A stretch of DNA of 39,869 nucleotides from positions 1-39,869 of the forward strand of contig CAYJRR010000027.1 of assembly GCA_964372275.1 (NCBI GenBank). The letters run 5' to 3'. The notes under the pieces are model-generated. The model was not told where the DNA came from, searched no databases, and worked only from the letters and a program-made list of their open reading frames with translations. This document shows positions 18,066 through 27,051 of this stretch, one piece after another; position 1 is the first letter of the stretch; each line of letters starts with the position of its first letter. A program made the translations under genes and the position numbers. Source of the stretch: an uncultured bacterium. GTDB lineage: Bacteria > CAYJRR01.

Positions 18066-18904
18066 TCCGCATGGCGGCCAAGTTACTGCAACGGGCCGGC
18101 CGGCGGTTGGAGGCGTTCGCCGAGAACGGCGGTGTGACGGTACTGGAACGGGACGGGGACTGGGTGTTGTGCCGTGCGAGGGGATTTTCTTGGCGTCTCG
18201 ACCCACGTCAGTACGTCGATGCGGAGATTGTACGTTACGGAATCTACGAGCGGGATTCGACGCTCTGGCTGCCGAAACTGGTGAAGCCGGGCATGGTGGT
18301 GGCCGATGTGGGGGCGAATTTCGGCTACTACGCGCTGCAGCTCAGCCGACTGGTCGGCAGCGAGGGGCGCGTCCACGCTTTCGAGCCGTCGGTCCGTTTC
18401 CGTGAGCGATTGCAGCGCCATCTTGCGGAGAACGGGTGCGACAACGTCACCGTTTCCGACGTTGCGCTTTCGGACGAGGCCGGGGAGCAGGAGTTGTTCG
18501 TTCGGGGCAGTACGGCGTCGTTCCAGCGCGTCGATTCGGCCGAGAGCGAATCGGTACTTCGGACGACGCTGGATCGCTATGTCGATGAGGCTGGCGTCTC
18601 GCGGTTGGACTTCGTAAAGGTCGACATCGACGGCCACGAGCCGCGGTTCCTGGCCGGGGCGGTGAGAACGCTGAGGCGATTCCAGCCGGTGGTACTGATG
18701 GAGTTCTCCCACCTGCACCTGTTGCTGGCTGGGAGCGGGGTCGAAGACCTTGCACGAACGATGGCCGAATTGGGCTATACCCTTTGTCCGGACCGGACGG
18801 GAAAGCCGTTCGCGGATCGGGTGGAGTTCTTGACCGAGGCAATGAACTGCTCCCATAGCGTGAACATTCTTTGCCACCCCGCGTCGAAGGTGCTTCCCGA
18901 ATGA
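18062..18904 (+). CDS. FkbM-family SAM-dependent methyltransferase
   Basis: Start GTG 18062 (or ATG 18071). DVGANFGYY, VHAFEP, VALSD, TTLD, DFVKVDIDGHE. Confidence 0.9.
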   Translation: MIRMAAKLLQRAGRRLEAFAENGGVTVLERDGDWVLCRARGFSWRLDPRQYVDAEIVRYGIYERDSTLWLPKLVKPGMVVADVGANFGYYALQLSRLVGSEGRVHAFEPSVRFRERLQRHLAENGCDNVTVSDVALSDEAGEQELFVRGSTASFQRVDSAESESVLRTTLDRYVDEAGVSRLDFVKVDIDGHEPRFLAGAVRTLRRFQPVVLMEFSHLHLLLAGSGVEDLARTMAELGYTLCPDRTGKPFADRVEFLTEAMNCSHSVNILCHPASKVLPE

Positions 18905-19656
18905 GCCTCGCGCGGCGGATCCGATCCAGGGCGAGACGCTGGCTAGGTCTCGACGACCTCGACCAGGTTCGTCGCGCCGTCATTCCGCTGAACGATACGG
19001 CCGAGCTTCGGAGGGCCTTCGGATGGAGCCTGGAGCCGATCCTCGACGATCCGCAGATCCATCGATGGGAATACTTGGAGGATGCGAACCAACGCCGTGT
19101 CCGGGACGCAGACTGTCTGGCGACCGTGGTTCGCAACGCGCGTCCGGCGGTATGCCTGGACATCGGCACCGCAACCGGCCGATCGGCGGCGCTCATGTCG
19201 GTGAACGCGCCGGAAAGCCGGGTGTTCACCGTCAACATCCCGCCCGAGGAGATCGCCTCGGGGGATGGGGGGGAAAAGGTAACGCGAGCGTTCGAACGCA
19301 ACGAGATCGGTTCGTACTACCGGGAACGCGGTTTGACCAACATCACCCAGATCCTCGCCAACACCGCGCGGTGGGAGCCGGACGTGGGCACGATCGACGT
19401 GGCGTTCATCGACGGATGCCACGATGCCGAGTTCGTATACAACGACACGAAGAAAGTCCTTCGTCACATGCGGCGGGGCTCGTTCGTCCTGTGGCACGAC
19501 TTCCATCCAGGTCTCGTCGAGCCATTCGACTGGATCCATGACGTCTGCCGAGGTGTTGACCGGCTGCTTGCGGAAGGTTTGGTACAGGGGCGAATCCTCC
19601 ACGTGCGCGACTCGTGGACTGGCATCTACCGGGTGGGAGGACTCGCGGCTCCGTGA
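18901..19656 (+). CDS. Class I SAM-dependent methyltransferase (Methyltransf_24-like)
   Basis: Start ATG 18901 (ATGA overlap). CLDIGTATGRS, DVAFIDGCHD.EFV.ND, VLWHDF. Confidence 0.85.
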   Translation: MSLARRIRSRARRWLGLDDLDQVRRAVIPLNDTAELRRAFGWSLEPILDDPQIHRWEYLEDANQRRVRDADCLATVVRNARPAVCLDIGTATGRSAALMSVNAPESRVFTVNIPPEEIASGDGGEKVTRAFERNEIGSYYRERGLTNITQILANTARWEPDVGTIDVAFIDGCHDAEFVYNDTKKVLRHMRRGSFVLWHDFHPGLVEPFDWIHDVCRGVDRLLAEGLVQGRILHVRDSWTGIYRVGGLAAP

Positions 19657-20840
19657 TCGGTCCGCGTTTTCTTCTTGGCTACCCCTATTATCCGACTCCG
19701 TATCGAAACGTCGAACGGGTGGAGCTGGAGTACCATCAGCGGCTTCGCGCGGCCGGATTCGCCGTCGAGAGCTTCTGCCTGACACTGAATCCGCCGGGCC
19801 CGCCGCTAACGTTTGCGGAACTCGATGCGCGGTGGCGGCGAGGAGACCGCGAGCTTCTTACGATGTACGAGCGGCTCGAGGAGCGCCTGGACGGGGTCGA
19901 CGTCCTCTACAATCTCGCCGGATTGAATCTCCATCCGGAGTTCGTGGAGCGTCTTCCTGTCTATACCGTCTTCCAGTGCTTCGACGATCCCGAAAGCTCG
20001 GAAAATCTATCGCGACCAGTGGCCCACGCCTACGACCTCTGTCTGGTGGGAAACGTCGCCGAAGTAGAGACGTATCGATCCTGGGGCGTGAAGGAGGTCA
20101 CCTGGATTCCAATGGGTTACCGCGATGGCTTCTACGATCCGAGCCTCACCGAGGAGCAGATTCTCGAGGGAAAGCGGGACATCGACCTGTTCATGGTGAG
20201 CGATCTATCGAGTCCATGGCGACGGAATCGGCTGGAGCGGCTCGCGGGAGTATTTTCCGATGCTCACTTCTACGGCCGCGGCTGGCCGCGCGGTTTTCTG
20301 CCCGAGGAGAAGGAGAGGGAGCTGATTCGGCGAGCGAAGATCGGTCCCAACTTGCACAACACCACCGGACCGATCAATTTCCGAACGTACTGCCTGCCCG
20401 CCAACGGAGTCCTGCAGGTATGTGACAACGCTCGATACCTGGGAAAGGTTTTCGAAGTTGGAAAGGAGGTCGTCGGTTTCGAAACGGTCGAAGAATGTAT
20501 CGACATGATTCGCTACTACCTGGCGCATGAACGGGAGCGGCGGGAGATCGCAGCAGCGGGTTGGCGTCGCGCGACACGGGACTACAACGAAGTCTCCGTC
20601 TTTCGGCGCGCACTGGAGGAGATCGAACGGCGACGCGGTCCGGCCGTCGCACCGAATCGCAATGCGCACGACAAGTCGGGTGGTGGACGGCAGGCGATGT
20701 CGGTAGCCCGTTCGCAACGCCATGCGACGATCGCAGCCCGGTGGTTCCACGACGTGCTCTCCCTGGCACGCCGCGGATGGCGGAGAATCAAGAAGGGTTT
20801 GGCCCTCTCGGCGACGTTCCAAGTAGTCTTTCGGTCATGA
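19653..20840 (+). CDS. CgeB-like (Glyco_trans_1_2) glycosyltransferase
   Basis: Start GTG 19653 (GTGA overlap). FDDP, YGRGW, AKIGPNLHN...NFRTY, FEVGKEVVGF...YYLAHERERREIAAAG. Confidence 0.8.
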   Translation: MIGPRFLLGYPYYPTPYRNVERVELEYHQRLRAAGFAVESFCLTLNPPGPPLTFAELDARWRRGDRELLTMYERLEERLDGVDVLYNLAGLNLHPEFVERLPVYTVFQCFDDPESSENLSRPVAHAYDLCLVGNVAEVETYRSWGVKEVTWIPMGYRDGFYDPSLTEEQILEGKRDIDLFMVSDLSSPWRRNRLERLAGVFSDAHFYGRGWPRGFLPEEKERELIRRAKIGPNLHNTTGPINFRTYCLPANGVLQVCDNARYLGKVFEVGKEVVGFETVEECIDMIRYYLAHERERREIAAAGWRRATRDYNEVSVFRRALEEIERRRGPAVAPNRNAHDKSGGGRQAMSVARSQRHATIAARWFHDVLSLARRGWRRIKKGLALSATFQVVFRS

Positions 20841-22057
20841 GTGCCTGCCTGACCTGCGGCTCCTCCACCGAGCCGTTCCACTCCTTCGGGCGGATGCCGA
20901 TCGCGAACGGGTTCGTGGCGCCGGATCGGGTCGCGGAGGAGTACTTCTTCGAGCTGGCGGTCGCGTTCTGCCCGCGGTGCACGATGGTGCAGCTGGTGGA
21001 GCGGGTCGACCCGACGAAGATGTTCCACGAGAACTACGCCTTCTTCTCGTCCACCTCGTCGCGGATGGCGGTCCATTTCCGGGAGATGGCCGACGACGTG
21101 CGCGCGCGCTACCTCGGCGGGCCCGATCCATTCGTGGTGGAGATCGGGAGCAACGACGGGATCCTTCTGCACCACTTCGCAGAAGCGAAGATCCGGCACC
21201 TCGGGATCGAGCCTTCGAAGAACGTCGCGGAGGTCGCCGCCGCCAAGGGGATCCGCACCGTCTGCCGCTTCTTCGACGCCGGCGTCGCCCGCGAGATCGT
21301 GGCGGAAAACGGCCAGGCCGACGCGTTCCTCGGCGCCAACGTGATGTGCCACCTGCCGGACATCCACTCGGTCGCCGAGGGGATCCGGATCCTGCTCAAG
21401 CCGACCGGGGTACTGGTGTTCGAGGACCCCTACGTCGGCGACATCGTGGAGAAGACCTCCTACGACCAGATCTACGACGAGCACGTCTTCTACTTCTCGC
21501 TCGCGTCGGTCTCGCAGTTGTTCGGACGGCACGGGATGGAGCTGGTCGACGCCATCCCCCAGGGGACGCACGGCGGCTCGATGCGCTACGTCGTCGCGCC
21601 GAAAGGCTCCCGGCCGGTGTCGCCAGACGTTCCTCGCCTCCTGGCCCGGGAGAAGGAGCTCGGACTCGACCGCCTCGAGACCTTCCGGCGGTTGAGCGAA
21701 CGGATCGAGCGCTCGCGTGACGAGCTCAAAGCCCTGCTCCGGCGGTTGAAGGCGGAAGGGAAGAGCGTCGTCGGCTACGGCGCCACCTCGAAGAGCACCA
21801 CCGTCCTCAACTACGGCGGCATCGGACCGGAGCTGGTGTCCTACATCAGCGACACCACCCCGGTGAAGCAGGGGAAGCTGACCCCGGGGAGTCACATCCC
21901 GGTGCGGCCGTACTCGGAGTTCGCGGCCTCTCCGCCCAGCCACGCGCTGCTGTTCGCCTGGAACCACGCCGCCGAGATCCTGGAGAAGGAGCGGGGGTTC
22001 GTCGCCGGCGGCGGACGGTTCATCGTCTACGTCCCCACGGTGAAGGTGCTGGCGTGA
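20837..22057 (+). CDS. NDP-sugar C-methyltransferase (EvaC/TcaB9/NovU type)
   Basis: Start ATG 20837. Zn ligands CLTC and CPRC, G.MPIANGF, VEIGSNDG, ANVMCH, YDQIYDEHVFYFS, THGGSMR, GYGATSKS, KQGKLTPGSHIPV, FAWN. Confidence 0.92.
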   Translation: MSACLTCGSSTEPFHSFGRMPIANGFVAPDRVAEEYFFELAVAFCPRCTMVQLVERVDPTKMFHENYAFFSSTSSRMAVHFREMADDVRARYLGGPDPFVVEIGSNDGILLHHFAEAKIRHLGIEPSKNVAEVAAAKGIRTVCRFFDAGVAREIVAENGQADAFLGANVMCHLPDIHSVAEGIRILLKPTGVLVFEDPYVGDIVEKTSYDQIYDEHVFYFSLASVSQLFGRHGMELVDAIPQGTHGGSMRYVVAPKGSRPVSPDVPRLLAREKELGLDRLETFRRLSERIERSRDELKALLRRLKAEGKSVVGYGATSKSTTVLNYGGIGPELVSYISDTTPVKQGKLTPGSHIPVRPYSEFAASPPSHALLFAWNHAAEILEKERGFVAGGGRFIVYVPTVKVLA

Positions 22058-22092
22058 TCCCGGAGGTGCGCGCGAACGAGGGCGGTCCGTGA
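22054..22092 (+). other. 12-codon mini-ORF (MIPEVRANEGGP) overlapping both neighbours by GTGA, flanked by an 11-bp direct repeat
   Basis: GTG 22054 overlaps the C-methyltransferase stop; TGA 22090-22092 overlaps the aminotransferase GTG 22089. CGTGATCCCGG occurs at 22053-22063 and 22088-22098. Confidence 0.4.
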
Positions 22093-23192
22093 TCCCGGTC
22101 GCCGATCCGAAGGCCCAGTTCCTCGCCCACCGCGCCGGGATCGAGGAGGCGATGCGGCGGGTGCTGGAGAAGGGGCGCTACATCCTGGGCGAGGAGGTGC
22201 GCGCCTTCGAGTCGGAGTTCGCCGCCTACGTCGGCGTCGGGGACGCGGTCGGCGTCGGGAGCGGCACCGACGCCCTGCACCTCGCCGTCCGCGCGCTCGG
22301 GCTGGGGCCGGGCGACGAGGTCGTCACCGTGGCCCACACCGCGGTGGCCACGGTCGCGGCGATCGAGCTGGCCGGGGCGGCGCCGGTGATGGTCGACGTC
22401 GATCCGGAGACCTTCACCCTCGACCCTGCGAAGCTCGACGCGGCGGTCGGTCCTCGTACCCGGGCGGTGATCGCCGTCCACCTCTACGGCCGACCGGCCG
22501 CGCTCGACGAGATTCTCGCCGTCGCCGGCCGGCGGGGGCTGCGCGTGATCGAGGACTGCGCGCAGGCCCACGGCGCGCGCCACCGCGGCCGCCGGGTCGG
22601 CTCGTTCGGCGATCTCGCCGCCTTCAGCTTCTACCCCACGAAGAATCTCGGCGCGATCGGCGATGGAGGGATGGTGGTCGGCGCCGACCGCGCAACGGTC
22701 GAGCGCGTGCGCCTGCTCCGGGAGTACGGCTGGGAGGAGCGCTACGTCAGCCGGTTCGCCGGGACCAACTCGCGGCTCGACGAGCTGCAGGCCGCGGTGC
22801 TGCGCGTCAAGCTCCGCACCCTCGACGCCGACAACGCTTCGCGCGCCCGCCTCGCGCGCCGCTACGACGAGGCGTTCGCGGGGCTGCCCCTCCGCACCCC
22901 TCCCGCCGCCGACGGACACGCCTACCACCTGTACGTGGTGCGGACGGTGGAACGGGAGGCGTTGATGAAGGCGCTCCACGACCGCGGCGTCGGGACGCTG
23001 GTCCACTACCCGGTGCCGGTCCATCTCCAGGCGGCCTACCGCGATCGCCTCCGCGGCGCCGATCGCCTCGCGGAGACCGAGCGCGCGGCGCGAGAAGTCC
23101 TTTCGCTTCCCCTCTATCCGGAGCTCCCCGAGTCCGATCAGGATCGGGTGATCGAGGCGGTGCGCTCCTTCTTCGCCCGCCCGACGGCATGA
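22089..23192 (+). CDS. DegT/DnrJ/EryC1/StrS PLP-dependent sugar aminotransferase
   Basis: GSGTDAL, VHLYG, IEDCAQAHGA, FSFYPTKNLGAIGDGG (PLP lysine), NSRLDELQAAVL, YHLYV, LSLP. Confidence 0.95.
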   Translation: MIPVADPKAQFLAHRAGIEEAMRRVLEKGRYILGEEVRAFESEFAAYVGVGDAVGVGSGTDALHLAVRALGLGPGDEVVTVAHTAVATVAAIELAGAAPVMVDVDPETFTLDPAKLDAAVGPRTRAVIAVHLYGRPAALDEILAVAGRRGLRVIEDCAQAHGARHRGRRVGSFGDLAAFSFYPTKNLGAIGDGGMVVGADRATVERVRLLREYGWEERYVSRFAGTNSRLDELQAAVLRVKLRTLDADNASRARLARRYDEAFAGLPLRTPPAADGHAYHLYVVRTVEREALMKALHDRGVGTLVHYPVPVHLQAAYRDRLRGADRLAETERAAREVLSLPLYPELPESDQDRVIEAVRSFFARPTA

Positions 23193-23980
23193 CCACGATG
23201 CTGCGCAGGTTCCTCGGGCGTCTGAGGCGTACCCGGCCTGCGACGGCGCCAGCGCCAGCACCGATCTGGGAGGGGGTCTACCCGCGTTTGTGCGATGTTC
23301 CGGCGAGGGGCGAGGGTTTCGCCGGAAACACCTGGCTGGAGATGACGCGCGCCTATACACGCGGAGCGCTCGAGGCTTCGACGGGTCTGCTTCCGGAGCC
23401 CGCGGGTGAAGAGCACACTTGGCTGGTGGCGTTGGTGGCGACGCTTCTCGCCGGGAAGGAGAACCTTCGCGTGCTCGACTTCGGCGGCGGGATGGGGATC
23501 TCCTATGCCGCGCTCCGTGCCGGCGTCGTTCGCTCCGACCGGATCGACTACCACGTCGTCGAAGGGCCGGAGGTATGCGACGCCGGTCGAGCGCTGTTCG
23601 GTGCCGAAGCGGGAATCCATTTTCATACCGAAATCCCCGAGATCGAAAAGGTCGACCTCCTCTTTTCGTGCAGTGCGCTCCAGTACGTGGAGGACTATCG
23701 CGGACTGATTCGTCGACTCTGCATGCTCAGGCCGCGCTACGTCTTCCTCGCCAAGCTCCCCGCCGGTGAGGTGAGGACCTTCGCCACCGCACAACAGAAC
23801 GTGCCAGGATCAACGATTCCGTATTGGTTCCTCGACGTGCGGGAGATCGTCGAGGTCCTGGCGAGCGAGGGATACACGCTCGAGGCCAAGGGACGATTCG
23901 CCCAGGCGTACGACCAGACCAGCCTCCCTGCGGAGCGGCGGATCCCGCGGATGTGCAACCTGCTCTTCAGGACGCGATGA
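23189..23980 (+). CDS. Methyltransferase, TIGR04325/LIC12133-like
   Basis: LRVLDFGGGMG..Y, YHVVE, SALQYVED, T.QQN....IPYWF. Confidence 0.75.
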   Translation: MTTMLRRFLGRLRRTRPATAPAPAPIWEGVYPRLCDVPARGEGFAGNTWLEMTRAYTRGALEASTGLLPEPAGEEHTWLVALVATLLAGKENLRVLDFGGGMGISYAALRAGVVRSDRIDYHVVEGPEVCDAGRALFGAEAGIHFHTEIPEIEKVDLLFSCSALQYVEDYRGLIRRLCMLRPRYVFLAKLPAGEVRTFATAQQNVPGSTIPYWFLDVREIVEVLASEGYTLEAKGRFAQAYDQTSLPAERRIPRMCNLLFRTR

Positions 23981-25107
23981 TTCCCGGATTCGAGACGGCG
24001 CACTGCCCGCGCTGTGGAGGTACCGAAGGACACGTCATCGCCCGCGGGCCCGATCGCCTGCACCGGCTGCCGGGAATCTTCTCAGCGGCCGAATGCCGGA
24101 TGTGCGGCCTCTGGTTTCAGAACCCGAGGCCGACGGTCGAACGTCTCGCCGAGCTCTATCCGGACGGCTACGTCCCGCACGGTGCGCCGGAAGGGCAGGA
24201 TGGCGGCCGCGCGATGGTCGCCCGGCACGTCGCGCCCTCGGATCCGGAGGCGGCGCCGGTTCCGGCTCCGCAACCGCGCCGTTGGGTGCCGGAATCCTAT
24301 TTGCAACGACGGCTCGGGTATCCCGAAGACGGCCTCGGGCGAGTGGTTCGACGGCTTCCGCTGTTCGATCCGTGGGAGCGCCGCCGGCACGGTGTGGCGC
24401 TCACTCCGCGGTTCGTTCCCGGCGGCCGGCTCCTCGAGATCGGCTGCGCCGACGGTGCGCGGTTGCGCCTCCTGCGACACATGGGCTGGCGCGATCTACA
24501 CGGCATCGAGCTTGTGCCTGCCGCCGCGGAACGTGCCCGGAACTCCGGATTCTCCGTCGAGACCGGCCGCGCGGAGGAGGCGCTCGGGCGAACTCCCGAC
24601 GGCGCCTACGATGCGGTCGTCTGCAGCATGGTGCTGGAGCACCTGCACGACCCGTTCGGGTTCCTCCCGTCGATCTCCGCCAAGCTGAAGCCGGGCGGTG
24701 AGCTGCTCTTTTCGACCGTCGTTCGCGATGCGATCGACGCATGGGTATTCGGCGAGTACTGGAGCGGTTTCGACTTCCCGCGGCACATGGTGTTCTTTCG
24801 TACTGCCGACCTCCGCTCGGCTCTGGCGCCGTCGTTCGACCGCGTGGAGACCTTCCACCAGAACGAGCCGATCGACGTCGTCCGGTCGGCCGGGTGGCGA
24901 CGGGGCCCTCTCGACGGACTGCTGGCGACCGTGGCGGCGTCGGCGCCGGGGCGGGTCATCGGAGAGGTCTTGGCGTGGGCACGACTCACCGGTCGCGTGT
25001 CGTTCCGCTGCCGCCGACGGACCGGCGGATCGGCGCGACGTCTGCCCGCAGGTTTTGGCGGGGACGAACGGTCGGATATTGTTCGCCGGGACGATGACCG
25101 ATGGTAA
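23977..25107 (+). CDS. Class I SAM-dependent methyltransferase with N-terminal zinc ribbon
   Basis: Start ATG 23977 (ATGA overlap). CPRC...CRMCGL..QNPRP, LLEIGCADG, VLEHLHDP, LKPGG, PRH. Confidence 0.88.
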   Translation: MIPGFETAHCPRCGGTEGHVIARGPDRLHRLPGIFSAAECRMCGLWFQNPRPTVERLAELYPDGYVPHGAPEGQDGGRAMVARHVAPSDPEAAPVPAPQPRRWVPESYLQRRLGYPEDGLGRVVRRLPLFDPWERRRHGVALTPRFVPGGRLLEIGCADGARLRLLRHMGWRDLHGIELVPAAAERARNSGFSVETGRAEEALGRTPDGAYDAVVCSMVLEHLHDPFGFLPSISAKLKPGGELLFSTVVRDAIDAWVFGEYWSGFDFPRHMVFFRTADLRSALAPSFDRVETFHQNEPIDVVRSAGWRRGPLDGLLATVAASAPGRVIGEVLAWARLTGRVSFRCRRRTGGSARRLPAGFGGDERSDIVRRDDDRW

Positions 25108-26098
25108 CGACACGCCGCCGTTTTACCGCGGCCGCCGCATCCTGATCAGCGGCGGCGGAGGTTACATCGGCGCGTCGATCACGCGCCGTCTGGCGCCGAT
25201 CGAGTGCGAGATCGTGCGGCTCGGTCGCGGCGCGTCCTCCTATCCGTCCATACCGGGTCGGGCGACGGTTCGCGATGTCCCGGGCGACGTCGTCGACCCG
25301 GACCTGTGGGATCGGGCGCTCGACGGGGTCGACGTGGTATTCCACCTCGCCGCGCAGACCAGCGTCTACGTCGCCGACCGAGATCCGGCGGCCGACGCCG
25401 CATTGAACGTCCTGCCGATGGTTCGTCTCCTCGAGACCTGCCGGCGCCGTGGAACGCGGCCGCGGATCCTATTCGCCGGCACGGCCACCGAAGTTGGACT
25501 GCCCGATCGGCTTCCGGTCGACGAGACCGCCGACGACCGGCCGGTGACGGCGTACGACCGGCACAAGCTGGTGGCGGAGTCGTGCCTGAAGTGCTACGTG
25601 CGGCAGCGGATCGTGCAAGGCGCGACGCTTCGCCTGGCGAACGTCTACGGACCGGGACCGGGGAGCGGGAGCGCCGACCGAGGGATCTTGAACCGGATGG
25701 TCGTTCGTGCGTTACGGGGCGAACCGCTCACCGTCTACGGGACGGGCGAGTTCCTGCGCGACTACGTCTTCGTCGATGACGTTGCGCGCGCGTTCCTCAC
25801 CGCGGGTGAGAAGATCGAGGCCGTCGACGGCGGGCACTTCCTGGTCGGATCGGGAATCGGTCACACCGTCGTCGATGCGATCCGCACCGTGGCGGATCGG
25901 GTATTCCTTCGCACCGGACGCCGGGCGGACGTGGCGCAGGTCGACGAGCCGTCCGACCTGTCGCCGATCGAGCGCCGGAACTTCGTTGCCGACATCTCGC
26001 GCCTCTCCGAATCGACCGGCTGGCAGCCAACCGTGACGCTCGCCGACGGCATCGACCGGACCATCGAAGCGGTTCTCGGGCGAGGAGTGGTGGCGTGA
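25094..26098 (+). CDS. NAD-dependent epimerase/dehydratase (extended SDR)
   Basis: Start re-picked to ATG 25094. ISGGGGYIG, FHLAAQTS, YDRHK (YxxxK), LRLANVYGPG, RDYVFVDD. Confidence 0.9.
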   Translation: MTDGNDTPPFYRGRRILISGGGGYIGASITRRLAPIECEIVRLGRGASSYPSIPGRATVRDVPGDVVDPDLWDRALDGVDVVFHLAAQTSVYVADRDPAADAALNVLPMVRLLETCRRRGTRPRILFAGTATEVGLPDRLPVDETADDRPVTAYDRHKLVAESCLKCYVRQRIVQGATLRLANVYGPGPGSGSADRGILNRMVVRALRGEPLTVYGTGEFLRDYVFVDDVARAFLTAGEKIEAVDGGHFLVGSGIGHTVVDAIRTVADRVFLRTGRRADVAQVDEPSDLSPIERRNFVADISRLSESTGWQPTVTLADGIDRTIEAVLGRGVVA

Positions 26099-27051
26099 AC
26101 GTACTGGTGATCGGCGGAGCTGGATTTCTCGGCGCGAACCTGGTGCGGCGCTGCCTTCAGCGTCCGGGGACCGACGTCACGGTCCTCGATTCGCTCGAGC
26201 CGCGCCTTCGTGCCACCACCGACACGCTGCGCGGAGTGATGGAGAGGATCCGCTTCGTACATGGGAGCATGCTCGACGAGCGCGCCATCGCGGACGCCGT
26301 TCGGGGACGGGACCTGATCGTCAACTGCGCCGCTCAAACCTCGCACCCGCTCTCGCTGCAGCACCCGCTCTTCGACGCGGAGATCAACTGCCTCGGAAAC
26401 CTCCGTCTGCTCGAGGCCATCCGGCTCCATGCCCGTGACGCGGTGGTGGTTTACACCTCGAGCGCGACGGTGGTGGGGCGGGCGGCGGGCGAGGTGATCG
26501 ACGAGGACCACGGCGAGAAACCGCTCGACGTCTACTCGGCGAACAAGGGGGTCGCCGAGAAGTACTATCGGATCTACCACCGGGTGCACGACCTGAAGAC
26601 GGTGGTGCTGCGGTTTGCCAACCTCTACGGACCGTACGGGAAGGGGTTTCCGGAGTTCGGGTTCGTGAACTACTTCATCCACCTGGCGCACACCGGACAG
26701 GAGATCAAGGTGTTCGGAAGCGGGGAGCAGACACGAAACGTCCTCCACGCCGACGACGCCTGCGACGTCCTGCTGCGCGCGGCGGAGGAGCCGCGTCTGT
26801 GGGGTGAGGCCTACTTCGCGACGCACGACGAGCATGTCTCGGTGCTGGAGATTGCACGTCGAATCGTCGGTGTCTTCGGGCGGGGGAGGGTCGCCCACGT
26901 CGAGTGGCCGGAGGAGCGGCGTCGCATCGAGGTCGATCGGGTACAGATCTCGTCGGCCCGGCTGCGCGCCGCCATCGGTTGGCGTCCGAGCCTCTCCTTC
27001 GACGAGGGGCTGCGTCGAACCAAGGCGGTGCTGGAGGAGGGTGGCGGATGA
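26095..27051 (+). CDS. NAD-dependent epimerase/dehydratase (extended SDR)
   Basis: GGAGFLG, NCAAQTSH, YSANK, LRFANLYGP. Confidence 0.9.
   Translation: MNVLVIGGAGFLGANLVRRCLQRPGTDVTVLDSLEPRLRATTDTLRGVMERIRFVHGSMLDERAIADAVRGRDLIVNCAAQTSHPLSLQHPLFDAEINCLGNLRLLEAIRLHARDAVVVYTSSATVVGRAAGEVIDEDHGEKPLDVYSANKGVAEKYYRIYHRVHDLKTVVLRFANLYGPYGKGFPEFGFVNYFIHLAHTGQEIKVFGSGEQTRNVLHADDACDVLLRAAEEPRLWGEAYFATHDEHVSVLEIARRIVGVFGRGRVAHVEWPEERRRIEVDRVQISSARLRAAIGWRPSLSFDEGLRRTKAVLEEGGG

Noticed and set aside
19260..19273. G7 tracts here and at 2406, 27341 and 29586 as phase-variation sites
   Set aside because: Seven-base runs are short and expected in GC-rich Gly/Pro codons, and all frames are intact.
20837..23192. 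Antibiotic-type deoxysugar genes as part of a secondary-metabolite cluster
   Set aside because: No PKS, NRPS or aglycone genes are present, and the genes are embedded in a wzm/wzt operon.
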